59,167 bases of DNA, taken from Octopus bimaculoides. Taxonomy: Eukaryota. The stretch lies in assembly GCF_001194135.2 (NCBI RefSeq), contig NC_068982.1, forward strand, positions 181,990,623 through 182,049,789, given 5' to 3'. This document shows positions 1 through 12,234 of this stretch, piece by piece. How positions within the stretch are numbered: the first letter of the stretch is position 1; each line of letters opens with the position of its first letter. The position numbers were made by a program, and so were the translations under genes. The notes below the pieces were generated by a model. That model was given only the letters and a program-made list of their open reading frames with translations. It was not told the origin of the DNA and did not search any database.

Positions 1-286
1 CGAAGTGCCGCGGAGCTCCGTCCGCTGCTCTTGCCTGAACGTTCGAGCGAAGAACCGCGGAGCTCCGTCCGCTGCTCTTGCCTGAAGGTCCGAGCGAAGA
101 ACCGCGGAGCTCCGTCCGCTGCCCTTGCCTGAACGTTCGAGCGAAGTGCCGCGGAGCTCCGTCCGCTGCTCTTGCCTGAACGTTCGAGCGAAGAGCCGCG
201 GAGCTCCGTCCGCTGCCCTTGACTGAACGTTCGAGCGAAGAGCCGCGGAGCGCCGTCCGCTTCTCTTGCCTGAACGTTGGAGCGAA
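1..286. repeat. GC/CpG-rich 47-bp minisatellite, 6 copies, probably truncated by the window start
   Basis: Unit CGAAGWRCCGCGGAGCTCCGTCCGCTGCYCTTGCCTGAACGTTCGAG restarts at 1, 48, 95, 142, 189 and 236, with a partial copy at 283. Confidence 0.95.
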
Positions 287-289
287 TCA

Positions 290-850
290 TGTCGTCGTCT
301 TCATCATCGTCATTATTATTATTATTATAATTATTATTTTCATGTTTTTGTCACAGGTTTTGTTGGAGCTCCTGGAGCCTTTCATGCGTAAAAGTTTGAC
401 TACCTGGAGCCTATGTTATTCGTTCTTTTCATTTAATACTTTTTTCTAACTGTGCCAAGGAGGCAAAACTTTTGTAACAGCTCTACCGGGCACTCTATTC
501 CAATTTCCTTTATATTTCTCTTTTTGCCTTCTGATACTGTTCTCAAGACCCAGTAGTAATTGGCACTATCTTCACATTAAAAGTGTTGTATCTATTCATC
601 TTTATGCCTTCCTTCTTTAGTATTCGTGGGTCCAAGAGGCATGCAACATCAACTATATAACATATATGGGGCACCTTGTCCACTACCACTTGGTCCGGTG
701 TGTCATGCTCTAGCACCTGATCTGTTTGGATTGGGAATTCCCTGTGGATTTTGTTAGTCTCTGAATCCGCCAATCTTCGAAGTTTGTACTCATACTTGCC
801 TCTCCCTAGCCCCCACTTTTCGCAGTTTCCAATGTATCAGTTTCACCACG
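290..850 (-). mobile_element. 5'-truncated R4/Dong-clade non-LTR retrotransposon: RLE endonuclease C-terminus, 3' UTR and (TAA)n tail; frameshifted
   Basis: Minus-strand frames join to VKLIHWKL-CEKWGLGRGK..FPIQTDQVLEHDTPDQVVVDKVPHICYIVDVACLLDPRI..KIVPITTG-LRTVS..IKEIGIECPVELLQKFCLLGTVRK. This matches the PD..D..K RLE domain of R4/Dong elements. An (AAT)n tail lies at about 312-338. Confidence 0.85.
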
Positions 851-905
851 TGGGCGTAAGAATAACTGGTAATTAAGAACTATTCGAGAGGCTTTTATAA
901 TTAAA

Positions 906-977
<72 letters not shown>

Positions 978-990
978 TTGATGATGATGA
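906..990. repeat. (ATG)n microsatellite
   Basis: Direct reading; it explains the poly-Met and poly-Ile ORFs. Confidence 0.97.
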
Positions 991-3568
991 TTATTACAAT
1001 TTGGCCAGATGTAGAAAAGTCAGGATATTTAGGAATATACATAAATCCGAGTGTTCCGTGCATTACAGAAAACGTTCTGCCCGTGAAGCACTTTGTAATT
1101 TCTACTGATTAAAACACACTCGCGCGCATTCGTGCACATTTAGTGGGTCTGTCTGTGTGTCGAAGTGCATTTGTATCTGAATGTATCTGTATATATGAAA
1201 CACTATTCTGTAAATAGTATCTCATCAAAGTCAATATTATATATTATTTTACAAAGGCCAATGCTGACCAGTACATGCGCATGATTTGGAAATGTTTCAC
1301 CGAAAATTAAAATGATAACAAAACAAGTTAAATTTATAGGAAATACTCAAAGAGCTTAACGCAGCAGTCTTTCAGAAAGAAATATGCTAGTAATCTAAGA
1401 CATATTTTCTATGTACTTTATTCAATAGAAATAATTTTGAAAATTTTACACTCTGAGACAAAGTAAAGCTATCGAATGTGTGGCCTTTTCCATAATATAA
1501 AGACACATCCAGGGAATATTGATGTTTGTGTGTGTGTGTGTATGTGTGCGCGTGCGAGCACATCTGTGTATGTGTGTGCGTTTGCTTATTTTCGTTCATA
1601 CATAAGTACACACACATAGACGCGCACACACACGCATACAACTGTATATTAAAGGATTCTATTTTTCAGTCTCCAAGAGAATAATGCTTCATGATGATTT
1701 AACACACTTTTTTATTTCATTTTTAGCAACCACAGAATAATTATACACATCTAAATGTCTTATTTGAATTTTCTTCGATTATTTTCATGAACAATAACCT
1801 TTTACACATGCACAGTGTTCATAATAATGTTCCCAAGTAATCGTGTATATATGTGTTGCACATGTGGTCTCCTGCTTATTTTTCCAAAGCGATTATATCA
1901 TTGGCGACCACGGCAAATCAATGACAATGGAACCAAAGAAATCGGAATTATTCCTTAGTTTCTAGTGTAACTATCGAAATGCATTCAAATGGCTGCTTTT
2001 GTGAAAGGAGGAAAAAATTGCGATTCATTTTTCGTTATAGATCAAGTGAAAAATCTCATTGCATGAGATAAAACAAAAATATGATAGCATAGATAATTAT
2101 AGCTATTCAGTACGTTCTTGCAGAAACAAATTGAGATTTGAATGCTATCATTCATATGAACTTTATTCTATAGGAATATACGAGATGTGGTGTTGAATAA
2201 TGGAAAATTGGACATAGGTGGCAAGTCTGATGCCGATGTTAAGAACAAATAATAACTTTTTGCAGATCATTCTATAAATGATCAGGGAAAGAGAAACTTT
2301 CACTAATCGACAGTGTCGGTTCGTTGCAGTAGAGGCGTGAGCGATCGTACAAACTACTTCGCGAAACAATATATGCTTTTTTTTTTTTTAATAATTCCAT
2401 TTGCTTTATATTAAGAGGAAAATGTACTTAGCGCATAGTGCATTACATAAGAAAACAATAGCATTTTACGTGGTTTCAAAATATAGCGTTCCTATCACTG
2501 GTTGAAAAGCAAAGAATGAAAAATATATTTTAAATGGTAGAAGTTCGATTTTTCTCACTTCTATTATTGCAAGGTGGTTTCCTTGGTATATTTAAATGAT
2601 CATGTATTTGCATTATCTTGCAAAGTTGCCTTTACAAATCATGCATTAACAATTTGTAATACAGATGCATTAGGAAGAAACATAAAAAAACATATAACAT
2701 ATAGACACAAGCACACACACATACGCACGTACACACACACATATATGCCAATATATATATATATTTATATGTGCATATATGAAAGTGTGTCTGGCTATAT
2801 GTATTACATAAGATTATTTGATTAAGGACAATATGTGTGTGTTTGTGCAGTTGTGTGTGTAAATGTAGATATATTTTCATGCTTTACATAATATTTGATT
2901 CTGTAGATATAATCGTAACAAGGTCAGCATATATACATACATATATATTTGTGTGAGAGTGTGTGTTTGAGTGGTTTTGAGTCTGTAAGTTAATATAAAG
3001 AAAATTAGCTCAGGAAACGCAGAGTACCTAGTATCATGTATTCGAACAATAAAGGCAAGTAAGAGAATATTAAACACACATCATCAATTCCTGAGGTGAA
3101 TTCGTATATTGAAAGAAATCCTCTATCTCGGAGGGATCATTACACCAATAACAGTAACGAACGCACTGGTTTAACATCACTTCGTTATAGTTAGTCATTT
3201 GGCTTAACCAGTACAATGAACAATGTTGAACCAGCACGTTAAACAAACGATCAATAAGTTCGTTACATATTTCATCAACTGACTAACGATAAAGAACTGA
3301 TAGTAAACCAGTGTGCGTGTTAATATTCGTATAATGACTCACTCAAGGCAAAAATAAGACATACATTCTTGATTTATTTAAACCTTCTCCCTTCTAGGTA
3401 GAGTCAAATAGTCAATTAGTGATAATTGAAACTAACTCCAAATGAGGTAGAAAGAAAATTCCCGGAACAAAGATAAAAGTATTGTAGAATTGACAGGGAA
3501 TTACGAAAAGACAGTTTGATTGTCTTGATACAAGAGGACAGCTGAGGACACGTGATTTTCCCACAATG

Positions 3569-4762
3569 TACGAGGATCGGCTGGAAAGTTAATTCGCTGA
3601 CTAAGATATTCTCATGAAATAGGAGTTTATTTTTCAACAGCCCCCCTTGCGATCTACACATTTCTTTGATTGCTATGAAGTCAGTATCACTGCGGTACTG
3701 GTTCCCAGCCATGATTTTCTTTTTCGTTTCTTTTTTTTTTTTATGTTTCATGTTGGAGAACAGATAATAGTCGGAGTCGGCCAAATCTAGAGCCACGCAC
3801 AGCAGCCATTAAAACCAACAGCTTTTGTACTGGAGCATTGGTCTGATGAAACAAATCGGCTTTCCTTAGTTTTCCTGGTAATTTGATCTTGGTAGCCTGT
3901 CTTACCTGCTTCAGCAAGTTGGCATATTACTCTCTGTTGATAGTGCGGCCCTTTTCAAGACAGTAAATAAAAATGCATCCCAAAATACTGAGGCCATGAA
4001 CTTAACTGCAGATGAAACAACTTTGGCATTCTTTGGAGCAGATGAGGAGGGGTATTTCCACTGGATGAATTGTCTCTTCGTATCCAGCTAAAAGTGATGA
4101 AACCATACCTCATCCTGGTTAAAGAAACGTTCAAGGAAACCAATTGGATCAACCTCAAATAATGTCATATTTCCCATTAATGTGATAAGCCTGGTGCATT
4201 TTTGATCACGTGTCAGGTTACGTGGCACCCACCAACCAGAAACCTACGTCATGCGAAGTTCATTGAGCAAAATGTTCACAACTCACTCATGGAATATGCT
4301 AATCGCACTGGCTGCTTGATTTATAATCAATTGCTTCTCATCGATCACCATGTATAGAACATGATCAATGTTTTGATCGTATTCACTCGTTAGTACCAGT
4401 TGCAGGACGTCCAGTCTGTGGGTCATCTTCAAGATTCCATTTACCACCTAAATTCAGCAGCCCACTTTGGGACGCTTGGTAAAGCGTGAGCGTCTTTTCC
4501 TTATGTAAGATGCATGTTCGTATGTTTTTGAAGGGGGAGGGCGTCTAACCACTTTTTCTGCAAATACTTGATAACACCACAATGACAAATCATGTTGATT
4601 TTCAAGAGAAGTTGCTACTAGTTTCTTCTGAATTTTTTTTCGAACAGTGAGATATCAGTTTACCTGGAAAGAAACAATGCAGTTATTAATGCATGGAAAA
4701 TCTCATAGCTCAAGCATCACGCCTTCATCTTCAGCCTATGAAGTTTTCAGTCCAACCTCATA
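3569..4762 (-). mobile_element. Mariner DNA transposon, near full length (~1.19 kb), with degenerate TIRs, TA target duplication and a disrupted transposase
   Basis: Left end is TA|CGAGGATCGGCTGGAAAGTTAATTCGCTGA. Right end, reverse-complemented, is TA|TGAGGTTGGACTGAAAACTTCATAGGCTGA (21/30 identical). Minus-strand fragments read GVIKYLQKK, a WVP-like linker, and DLADSDYYLFSNMK..AGNQYRSD (YSPDLAPSDY motif family). Confidence 0.88.
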
Positions 4763-5146
4763 CATCACCACCACAGCTGTTGTCCTCCTTGCTGCGTGTG
4801 ATGATGCTAGACAATATGGACATGCTTTTAGCCCTATAAAATTATTTTTTTACGTGCGTGTGTATGTGTGCGAGGCTGTTGTGTGCGTCTGTGTGTGGGT
4901 GTGTATGCAGGTATATATATATATATGTATATGTACATATATGTATAGTTTCTGGCGAGTATGTGGGTGAGCATGTGTGTGCTTCAAACGAGGGTGGTAT
5001 AGTATATAAATATAGGCGAATGTACGGATTGGTGCGCTTACGCGAAAACTATAGATTTCTCTACTCCCTTACTTTTACCCACTCGCTTTACTTAGCGCTC
5101 TATAGCTCTTTTGTCTTAATAACGGTCAACCACACAGTAATTTCCC

Positions 5147-5192
5147 TTTATATATATACATATATGTATATATATATATAAATATATATATG

Positions 5193-5225
<33 letters not shown>

Positions 5226-5250
5226 GTATATATATATGTATATGTATATA

Positions 5251-5335
<85 letters not shown>

Positions 5336-5418
5336 ATGTGTGTGTGTGTGTGTGCGTGTGTGTGTGTGTGTCTGTGTGTGTGTGTATGTATGCATGTATA
5401 TGTATATGTATATATGTA
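5147..5418. repeat. Compound (TA)n/(TG)n microsatellite
   Basis: Direct reading. Confidence 0.97.
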
Positions 5419-5544
5419 TTTAAGCATGTTTCTTCTAGAGGATATGACACAATTACAACGTGGTAATTCAGAACACTTCCATATTATATATTTTACATAG
5501 CACATTTAATGAATATTGTTGTTGAATTATATACCAGTACTGAT

Positions 5545-5810
5545 TTAACCACACACTATACAGATTGTCCGTCCATCCCCGATACATAACGCAGCACAGA
5601 CTTTGGCATTAACAGCTTCTCTTGCTTCAACCATTACAGGTGCTCGTCCAAAGTAGAGTTTTTCCAAGACACTGCTTTTTTCTTTGAGTTTCTTTAACAC
5701 CTTCCACACTGTTCCAAGTGCAATGGGAGAAGATGGCATCTTCTGGGATGTTGGGTATTCCAACCATCTGTTCTTTGTCGATTTGCTTCCACTGAGTGGT
5801 AGCAAGATAT
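5545..5810 (-). mobile_element. Possible Tc1/mariner-superfamily transposase N-terminal HTH remnant
   Basis: GTVWKVLKKLKEKSSVLEKLYFGRAPV resembles the STV..I.K..KETGSV....RSGRP pattern of Tc1-type HTH domains. No TIR found. Confidence 0.3.
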
Positions 5811-6381
5811 GCTTTCCTCTTTAGAGAATTTCATATTCAGTTTATAGAATGGAAAATACAAGTATTCCTAGTGATAATTCCGACGCACCTAGATTTAATG
5901 GGCATATTGAATGACTGATGTTGAGATCAAATGGTATTAGTATAAATGAATTAACCTGGAAGAAGCAAAAGCATGAAGTGATCATATTGAAACTAATTTT
6001 TTAAAAGGAGTAGTGAAAAGCATTTACTGAACGGTATGTTTCTATACGAATCTATTTATAGGAATACAATTTGGCATTGAAATATATATAAACATACGTG
6101 CGTGTGTGCAGCACGTGACTGCGAGTTTGTGTTTCTGTTATAAACAAGTTTATGCCAGGAGGTAAACTGTTTCACAAAAGACAGCTTGCGGATTGTAAGA
6201 GGTGAGAAACCTTAACAATCTAGTAAATAATTAAATATCTAACGCTAGTTCGAAGCATATGTTTTTGTTTTTTTTTCACTAATTGAACAGGCACCTACAC
6301 TCTCTTAAATTTACAAAGCGTAAATGCAGATATGTGAGATACACACACAAACATACAGATGCAGACAGACATAGAGAGGGT

Positions 6382-6419
<38 letters not shown>

Positions 6420-6747
6420 AAAAGAGAAAGAGAGAGGTGATATTCAGTGATTGTATGTACCTTTATGTAAATGTAAAATTTGATTTGCTGGTTATTCATA
6501 TGTGAATTTAATATTCTCATTTATCATAATTGTTTTCACAGTAGGAAATGTTTGTTATTTTTACATGATAATTCTATTTAAATATTTACTCATGAAAATC
6601 TATTTTCAGATGCAGCAGTCGTCATATAGCTGCCAACGTCTGGTGTTGTTTATATGTGATTTGGATTAGGATTTGTGCATATTATTTTTCAAATTACAAC
6701 CGATTATATCTATTAAATATATATATATATACAGAAACACACACACA

Positions 6748-6802
<55 letters not shown>

Positions 6803-7199
6803 GACGGGGCATTTAATACATTTTATACGGAACTAATTGATACTTGTGATTAAAAAATGTTACCACATCAGCCGTTATCGTGGAAATTAACATTAATTAT
6901 AATTTTGGCAATGCATTATTTTCGACAATATGTGAGGCAATACTTATGGTTTTGATATGTGCAGCAATTATGTTTTATTGCTCAATAACACTAAATTGTC
7001 TTGTGCAAGTAGAGAACAAATTAGAGATACCTGATCCATAAAAATAGATCATAGCTAATGATGGATATTTTCTAAATTCATGATTTCTGTGCGGAAAAAA
7101 GCGGTATTGAGTTTAAAACGATTTCTTTCAGATCGTATACGCTTTCACTGAAGCGTCAACATGCCGATTGCAAATGTTATATAAGAGAAATCTCTTGAA

Positions 7200-7600
7200 T
7201 ACATAATGTGAATTGTATCATATGCAACACTATCATTTTGCTTAAAACTGGCTTGATCTGACAGGAATCTCTTGATTCGGGAGAGAAGATATGGGAGTAT
7301 CCCTTTCTGTAGTTTTCCGTAGCATATAGTTTTCCTTGTACGTAACTTTTCCTTGAATATTTTTACGTATCGTTGCATTCAGAATAAATTTTATTAATAA
7401 ATGATTTTATTAATAAATTATAAACGATATTTGGACAACTGATGTAGGAGGTTTTTGAGATTAAATCTATGAAAAGCTTGTAATGGTTAGAATAGCAACT
7501 TTGTCGAAATCATCAATAGCAGTGGATAAATGTTCTCGAAGCTCTGCGCAAAGTAACTGAATTTTCTGGAATTGCAAAAGAAAGATTTGAAACTTAGCGT
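7200..7600 (-). mobile_element. Possible decayed Tc1/mariner-superfamily transposase, start of the catalytic domain
   Basis: Minus-strand fragments KIQLL..DDFDK (about 7566-7501) and RFLSDQASFKQNDSV (about 7270-7226) resemble YKIQLLQEL..DD.D.R..FC and ILFSDEASF.LNG.V, in the expected order. Confidence 0.35.
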
Positions 7601-8660
7601 TGAATACTGGATGTGAGCTACAACACTAATCTGTGACGTAGAAGTCAATACTTAACACTACAGAAATTCCACTTTGATAAGTCAGACAGTAGCGAAAACT
7701 AAAAGTATAATAAACAACCATGATTTTTTTCCGACTGTCAAAAACACACTTGAGATTTTCAAATTGATGACTATATGATTTGTTGAATGAAACAGTTTTA
7801 GAGATATTGCGTTCACTTGGAACGAGTCAGAATGTCACCTATTTCCATACATTTTCATAAAACCTTGAAAAATAAAAATAAATAACTATTGAAGATTTTT
7901 ATTAGTATAAATAGAATATTTCAATTTGCCATCAAAGTGCAAATATTACGCTGACAGATTGAGAGATGACACGACAGAAGTAGTTATTTCTTACGAGACA
8001 TATATGTAGTGCATGTTCATTGACAAGTCTTAATATGAGAATGTAACGTATTTGTAGTATAACCATCGCGCTTAAAATATCTTTCCTAAAGCATTTAGAA
8101 ATTTGAAAGACAAGTAAAGTCCTGGTAGTAAGTATTGTATTTTACCTCCTGCCACTCATAGCGGTGGAAGCAGTAACGTTAGTTCAGAAATCCTTTTCAC
8201 ACTGCCGTGCACTCTTTATAAAACCAAAAATAAATTTAACCAATCGGTTGCTGGTGGATCTTTCTCCCTTTCAGTGGTCACATCTTATATATGCTGCTAG
8301 GCGAAAAGGTGAGTGAGTTGAGTGGATCTCTGAATAATTGCAACTATTTAAACTATAAAAGCACCTAAACTAATTCGCGAAATCCCAATACACGTTGTTG
8401 TAGGACGGATGACTTTAATATGTACGTGTTTAACATTTGTTGACTACGTGAATAAGAAATTAATAAGCGTATATACACAACACGTGATGTACTTAAACAG
8501 CTAAAATAAACATAAAATAATTAATCTACGAATCTACACCATTTTTATTCTCCCTATCGCCCAAATATCGTTATATTCTCTGTTGTAGTGTTAATCTTAA
8601 AAACCTCGTAGTAGTGATTAATGCTATTGCTAATACATAATGGCCTTGTTCATAATTTTG

Positions 8661-8661
<1 letters not shown>

Positions 8662-8718
<57 letters not shown>

Positions 8719-8744
8719 CAGCACCAGCAGTAGCAGTAGCAGCG

Positions 8745-8795
<51 letters not shown>
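8662..8795. repeat. (GTA)n/(GCA)n trinucleotide microsatellite
   Basis: Direct reading. Confidence 0.97.
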
Positions 8796-8828
8796 TGTCT
8801 TAGCTGATTTATTACAAAATATTCATTC

Positions 8829-9072
8829 TGTCGCTATTATGCAAAAGTGTCGTAAGTCCAAAACGTTGGTTCATTTTTCTGAAAACGAAAATATAGCTTC
8901 ACCATTTCACAGCAAAACCGTTTTACTACAATTTGACAATTTTTGATATCTTGGCATCTGAAGCAACTGGAGATAAGATACTTTAACTAAAAGTACCGGC
9001 TATTGCAAGCAAAAATATATATTGAAAAGAACCCATTCGGCCAAATTTGGACATATAACAGTTTAACATAAT
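8829..9072 (+). repeat. Unclassified ~245-bp interspersed repeat, copy 1
   Basis: Homologous to the reverse complement of 31303-31545. Shared blocks: TGTCGTAAGTCCAAAACGTTG, TGACAATTTTTGATATCTTG.CATCTGAAGCA.TGGAGATAAGAT, AAATTTGGACATA. Confidence 0.85.
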
Positions 9073-9613
9073 AGCATGTTTACCAAAATCATGGAGATTT
9101 TGATCCGAAAATATCAGCTACTGATAACCATTAGCGTATGTCAGAGAACTAGAAAAAATCCCATGAAGGTTATCATTTGCAGAACTTCTAAATACATGTT
9201 GAATTATTATATTAAGAACTCCAGAATAAACAGTAGAGTTGAAAGTGTGAGGTAGATTTTGAAATATTGCTCGGCAATTGAATGTGCATACTAATGGTCA
9301 AGCCCGGGTACAGATTGTATTTGTAGTTAAATGATAATAATGATGAGTTCAGTTAACGTATCAGGGCAATCATTCAAATTAAGAAACCACCCTGCATTGA
9401 CATCATTCAGCTTGCACCAGGTGAAATATCGGTTTCACTGTATTATATTTTGGGAATGAGGATTTTTTTTTTTCCTATTTTGACATAATTATGTATTTGC
9501 TAAGGCTATGTATATTTGGAATATTGATCGGTGCCATATAATAAATGAACAGTGAATAAATGTAAATAATTCTTGTGGAATGATGTAAGGTAAAAGGATA
9601 CACACTCATAAAC

Positions 9614-10368
9614 AATCAGCTAATGCGAATTGATGGGCGTTAAGCAGCGAATAAAAGGATTTGTTACATTGTACACATGTTAAGCCGCCCATATAAAATA
9701 TATAACTGTACATAAATGAATTCAGCATAATAAATATTGGTATCAAGGTTATATCATTGTTAACATATCTTAAAAGAAATAAGACCATCATCGAATCTCC
9801 ATAAATAGAGCCTTCTGCTTTTATGTGATTGCCAAACGAGGAGGTATTACTCGTCCTTGTGAAGTATATTTCACGACATAGTTTCATATTTATTGAAGTA
9901 CTTTTATCTTAATAATTTGGAACTGGTTTGTTTTTTACATAAATGAGGCAAACTATGAGACAGTTATGCATGGCTAATGGAATGAAAGGAAAGCATATAC
10001 AAGTATGAACAAAAAATCTAAGTAAAAATAGTTCTTGGCATCTACATCATTGTCCAGTCCATTATTTAATCAAGCACATATTGAGTCGACTACTCGATCA
10101 TGACATTTATGAATATACTATCAATACTGCCAGAGTTTTAAGTAAATTAAACAAAAGCGATGTTAATGTAATGAAAACACCAATGTATTTGCATGTAATT
10201 ATATACACACACACACACACACACACACATCAGCTAATGCGAATTAATGAGCATTAAGCAAGGAATAAAATAATTTGTTATTCTGCACACATGTTACGCC
10301 GCCCATATAAAATACAAAACTGTGAATAAATTAATTCAGCATAGTAAGTGTTGGTATCAGGGTTATAT
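9614..10368 (+). repeat. Local direct duplication of ~140 bp (9614-9755 and 10229-10368)
   Basis: Both copies read ATCAGCTAATGCGAATT..CACATGTTA.GCCGCCCATATAAAATA..AATTCAGCATA..TTGGTATCA.GGTTATAT; offset about 614 bp. Confidence 0.9.
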
Positions 10369-10944
10369 TATGGAGCTGAATCAAACTTTTGTTAGATAAT
10401 ACACTCCTACAAAAGTGTGTGTGCGTATGTGTGTGTGTGCGTGTGCTTGTGTATGCACGTGCGCGCGCGAGTAGGTATGTATACCGGTTTCAGCCAAAAT
10501 TCAGTCTAGAGTAAAAGGTGATTATAGGTAATCGAGACATTTCCAACATGACACACTGTACTGACTCGCTGTTTTGACACGTTGTGTTATATACCTAGTT
10601 TAGAGATCAATTTTGTTTTAAACTTGCTTTAATGAATAGTATCGTGTGGCTTATACTGAAGACGGCATTATTATAAAAAGAAAAAAAGAATTATATGGTA
10701 GAAATTATGGTCATATTAAATTATAGACATCTAAGCAACATAGAAATGTTCTCTATTCAATAAATACAGCGTTAGTTATTGAAATTGTTAACTAATGTTC
10801 ACTGCTTAATACTAAAATAATATAATATTGAATTCACTCCAATAACAAAATGGAATGAAGTGAGATAATAGAAATAATTACACTATGTACCTTCATATAA
10901 AATTTAGAAATAGCCACTTTGTTATCGGACTCATCATTAGCATA

Positions 10945-10959
10945 TTCATCATCATCATC

Positions 10960-11019
<60 letters not shown>

Positions 11020-11080
11020 TTCATCATCATCATCATCATCCTCATCATCCTCATCATCCCCATCATCATCTTCCTCGTCT

Positions 11081-11142
<62 letters not shown>

Positions 11143-11246
11143 ATTTGCTACTGCTTCTGCTGTTGGTGCTGCTTCTCTTGCAATTTTGCTGTTACTTCTG
11201 CAGTTGCTGATGTTGCTCCTAAAACTACCACCACTGCTGCTGCTGT

Positions 11247-11315
<69 letters not shown>

Positions 11316-11352
11316 GACTATTACCACGACCATCAGCATCATAACCATAACT
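10945..11352. repeat. Compound (CAT)n/(TAC)n/(CTA)n microsatellite
   Basis: Direct reading; source of the poly-I/L/T/S ORFs. Confidence 0.97.
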
Positions 11353-11688
11353 ATATGAATAACACAATCATATGCAATTCACTTCATGTTTGAAAGACAA
11401 AATGAATTATATATAAAATATATGTTACTGGTGATATTAGAAGTCAATACTTATACATGTAACAATATTCACTACTAGTCGAAAGAAATTTTCTGAAAAA
11501 TTTGTGTGACATCGTTCACATATTTTCCGTTTTTTATAGAACTGGTAAGTAAACTGAAACACCTTCAACTTGGGATAAGTCTAAATATGAAATCCATGAG
11601 AGGAAATAAATTACTTCGGAATGCGTTTATTGTTTCGGGTGAGATTAAAAACATTAACGATTTAGTTATACGAAGAAATATGAAATTC

Positions 11689-12066
11689 GTGCGTGGCTCT
11701 GGTAAGAAACTTGCTTCTTAACCATATGGTTCCAGGTTCAGTGTCACTATGTGGTTCCTTGAGCAAGTATCTTCTTCTCCAGTCTCGGGCCGACCAAATC
11801 TTGTGAGTGGATGTGGTAGGCGGAAATTGAAAGAATCCCCTCATAAATAAGTGTGTGTGTGCGTGTGTGTATGTGTATCTATGTATGTGTGCCTGTGTGT
11901 CTATATTTGCCCCCTCATTGCCACTTGACAACAGGCGTTAGTGTCTTTACGTGCCCGCAGCTTAGCCGTTCAGCAAAAGGATAAGATAGAAAAGTACAAA
12001 GCTTAAGAAATAAGTTCTGGAATCAATTTTTTCGACTAAATTCCAGCTAATGCGGTACTCCAGCAT
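11689..12066 (+). mobile_element. tRNA-derived SINE, family A, with internal (TG)n
   Basis: Head TGGTAAGAAACTTGCTT..ATGGTTCCAGGTTCAGT and body GGGCCGACCAAA..GTGGAT.TGGTAG.CGGAAA.TGAAAGAA are shared with 17412 and 18782. Confidence 0.85.
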
Positions 12067-12067
12067 T

Positions 12068-12234
12068 TCAAGTATCTCAAACTTAGCATATGTAAAACAA
12101 TACTGATACATTATTCTGATTAATGAAAACTATGAATAACCATTTACTGTATCTGTACAAATTATAGCAACTTTATTTTATCTACTTTAGACCTAGGTAC
12201 TTTATGTTAATACTTCTGCTCCATTATAAACTGG
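12068..12234 (+). repeat. Unclassified ~165-bp interspersed repeat, with a second copy at 24993-25162
   Basis: Shared TCAAACTTAGCATATGTAA..ATTAATGAAAACTATGAATAACCATTTACTGTATCTGTA..GACCTAGGT..CCATTATAAACTGG. Confidence 0.85.

Noticed and set aside
1-286. CRISPR array
   Set aside because: The repeats are contiguous with no unique spacers, there are no cas genes, and the context is eukaryotic.
806-1112. Poly-Met and poly-Ile ORFs
   Set aside because: They are translations of the (ATG)n microsatellite.
1880-2370. Protein-like fragments (DYIIGDHGKSMTMEPKK; NIRDVVLNNGKLDIGGKSD)
   Set aside because: They are short, interrupted by stops, lack convincing donors and match no family I recognise.
5116-5505. 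Many overlapping YI/HT/VC-repeat ORFs, here and at other dinucleotide tracts
   Set aside because: They are dinucleotide-repeat artefacts.
10885-11358. 157-aa Ile/Leu/Thr-rich ORF resembling a membrane mucin
   Set aside because: It derives entirely from (CAT)n/(TAC)n tracts.
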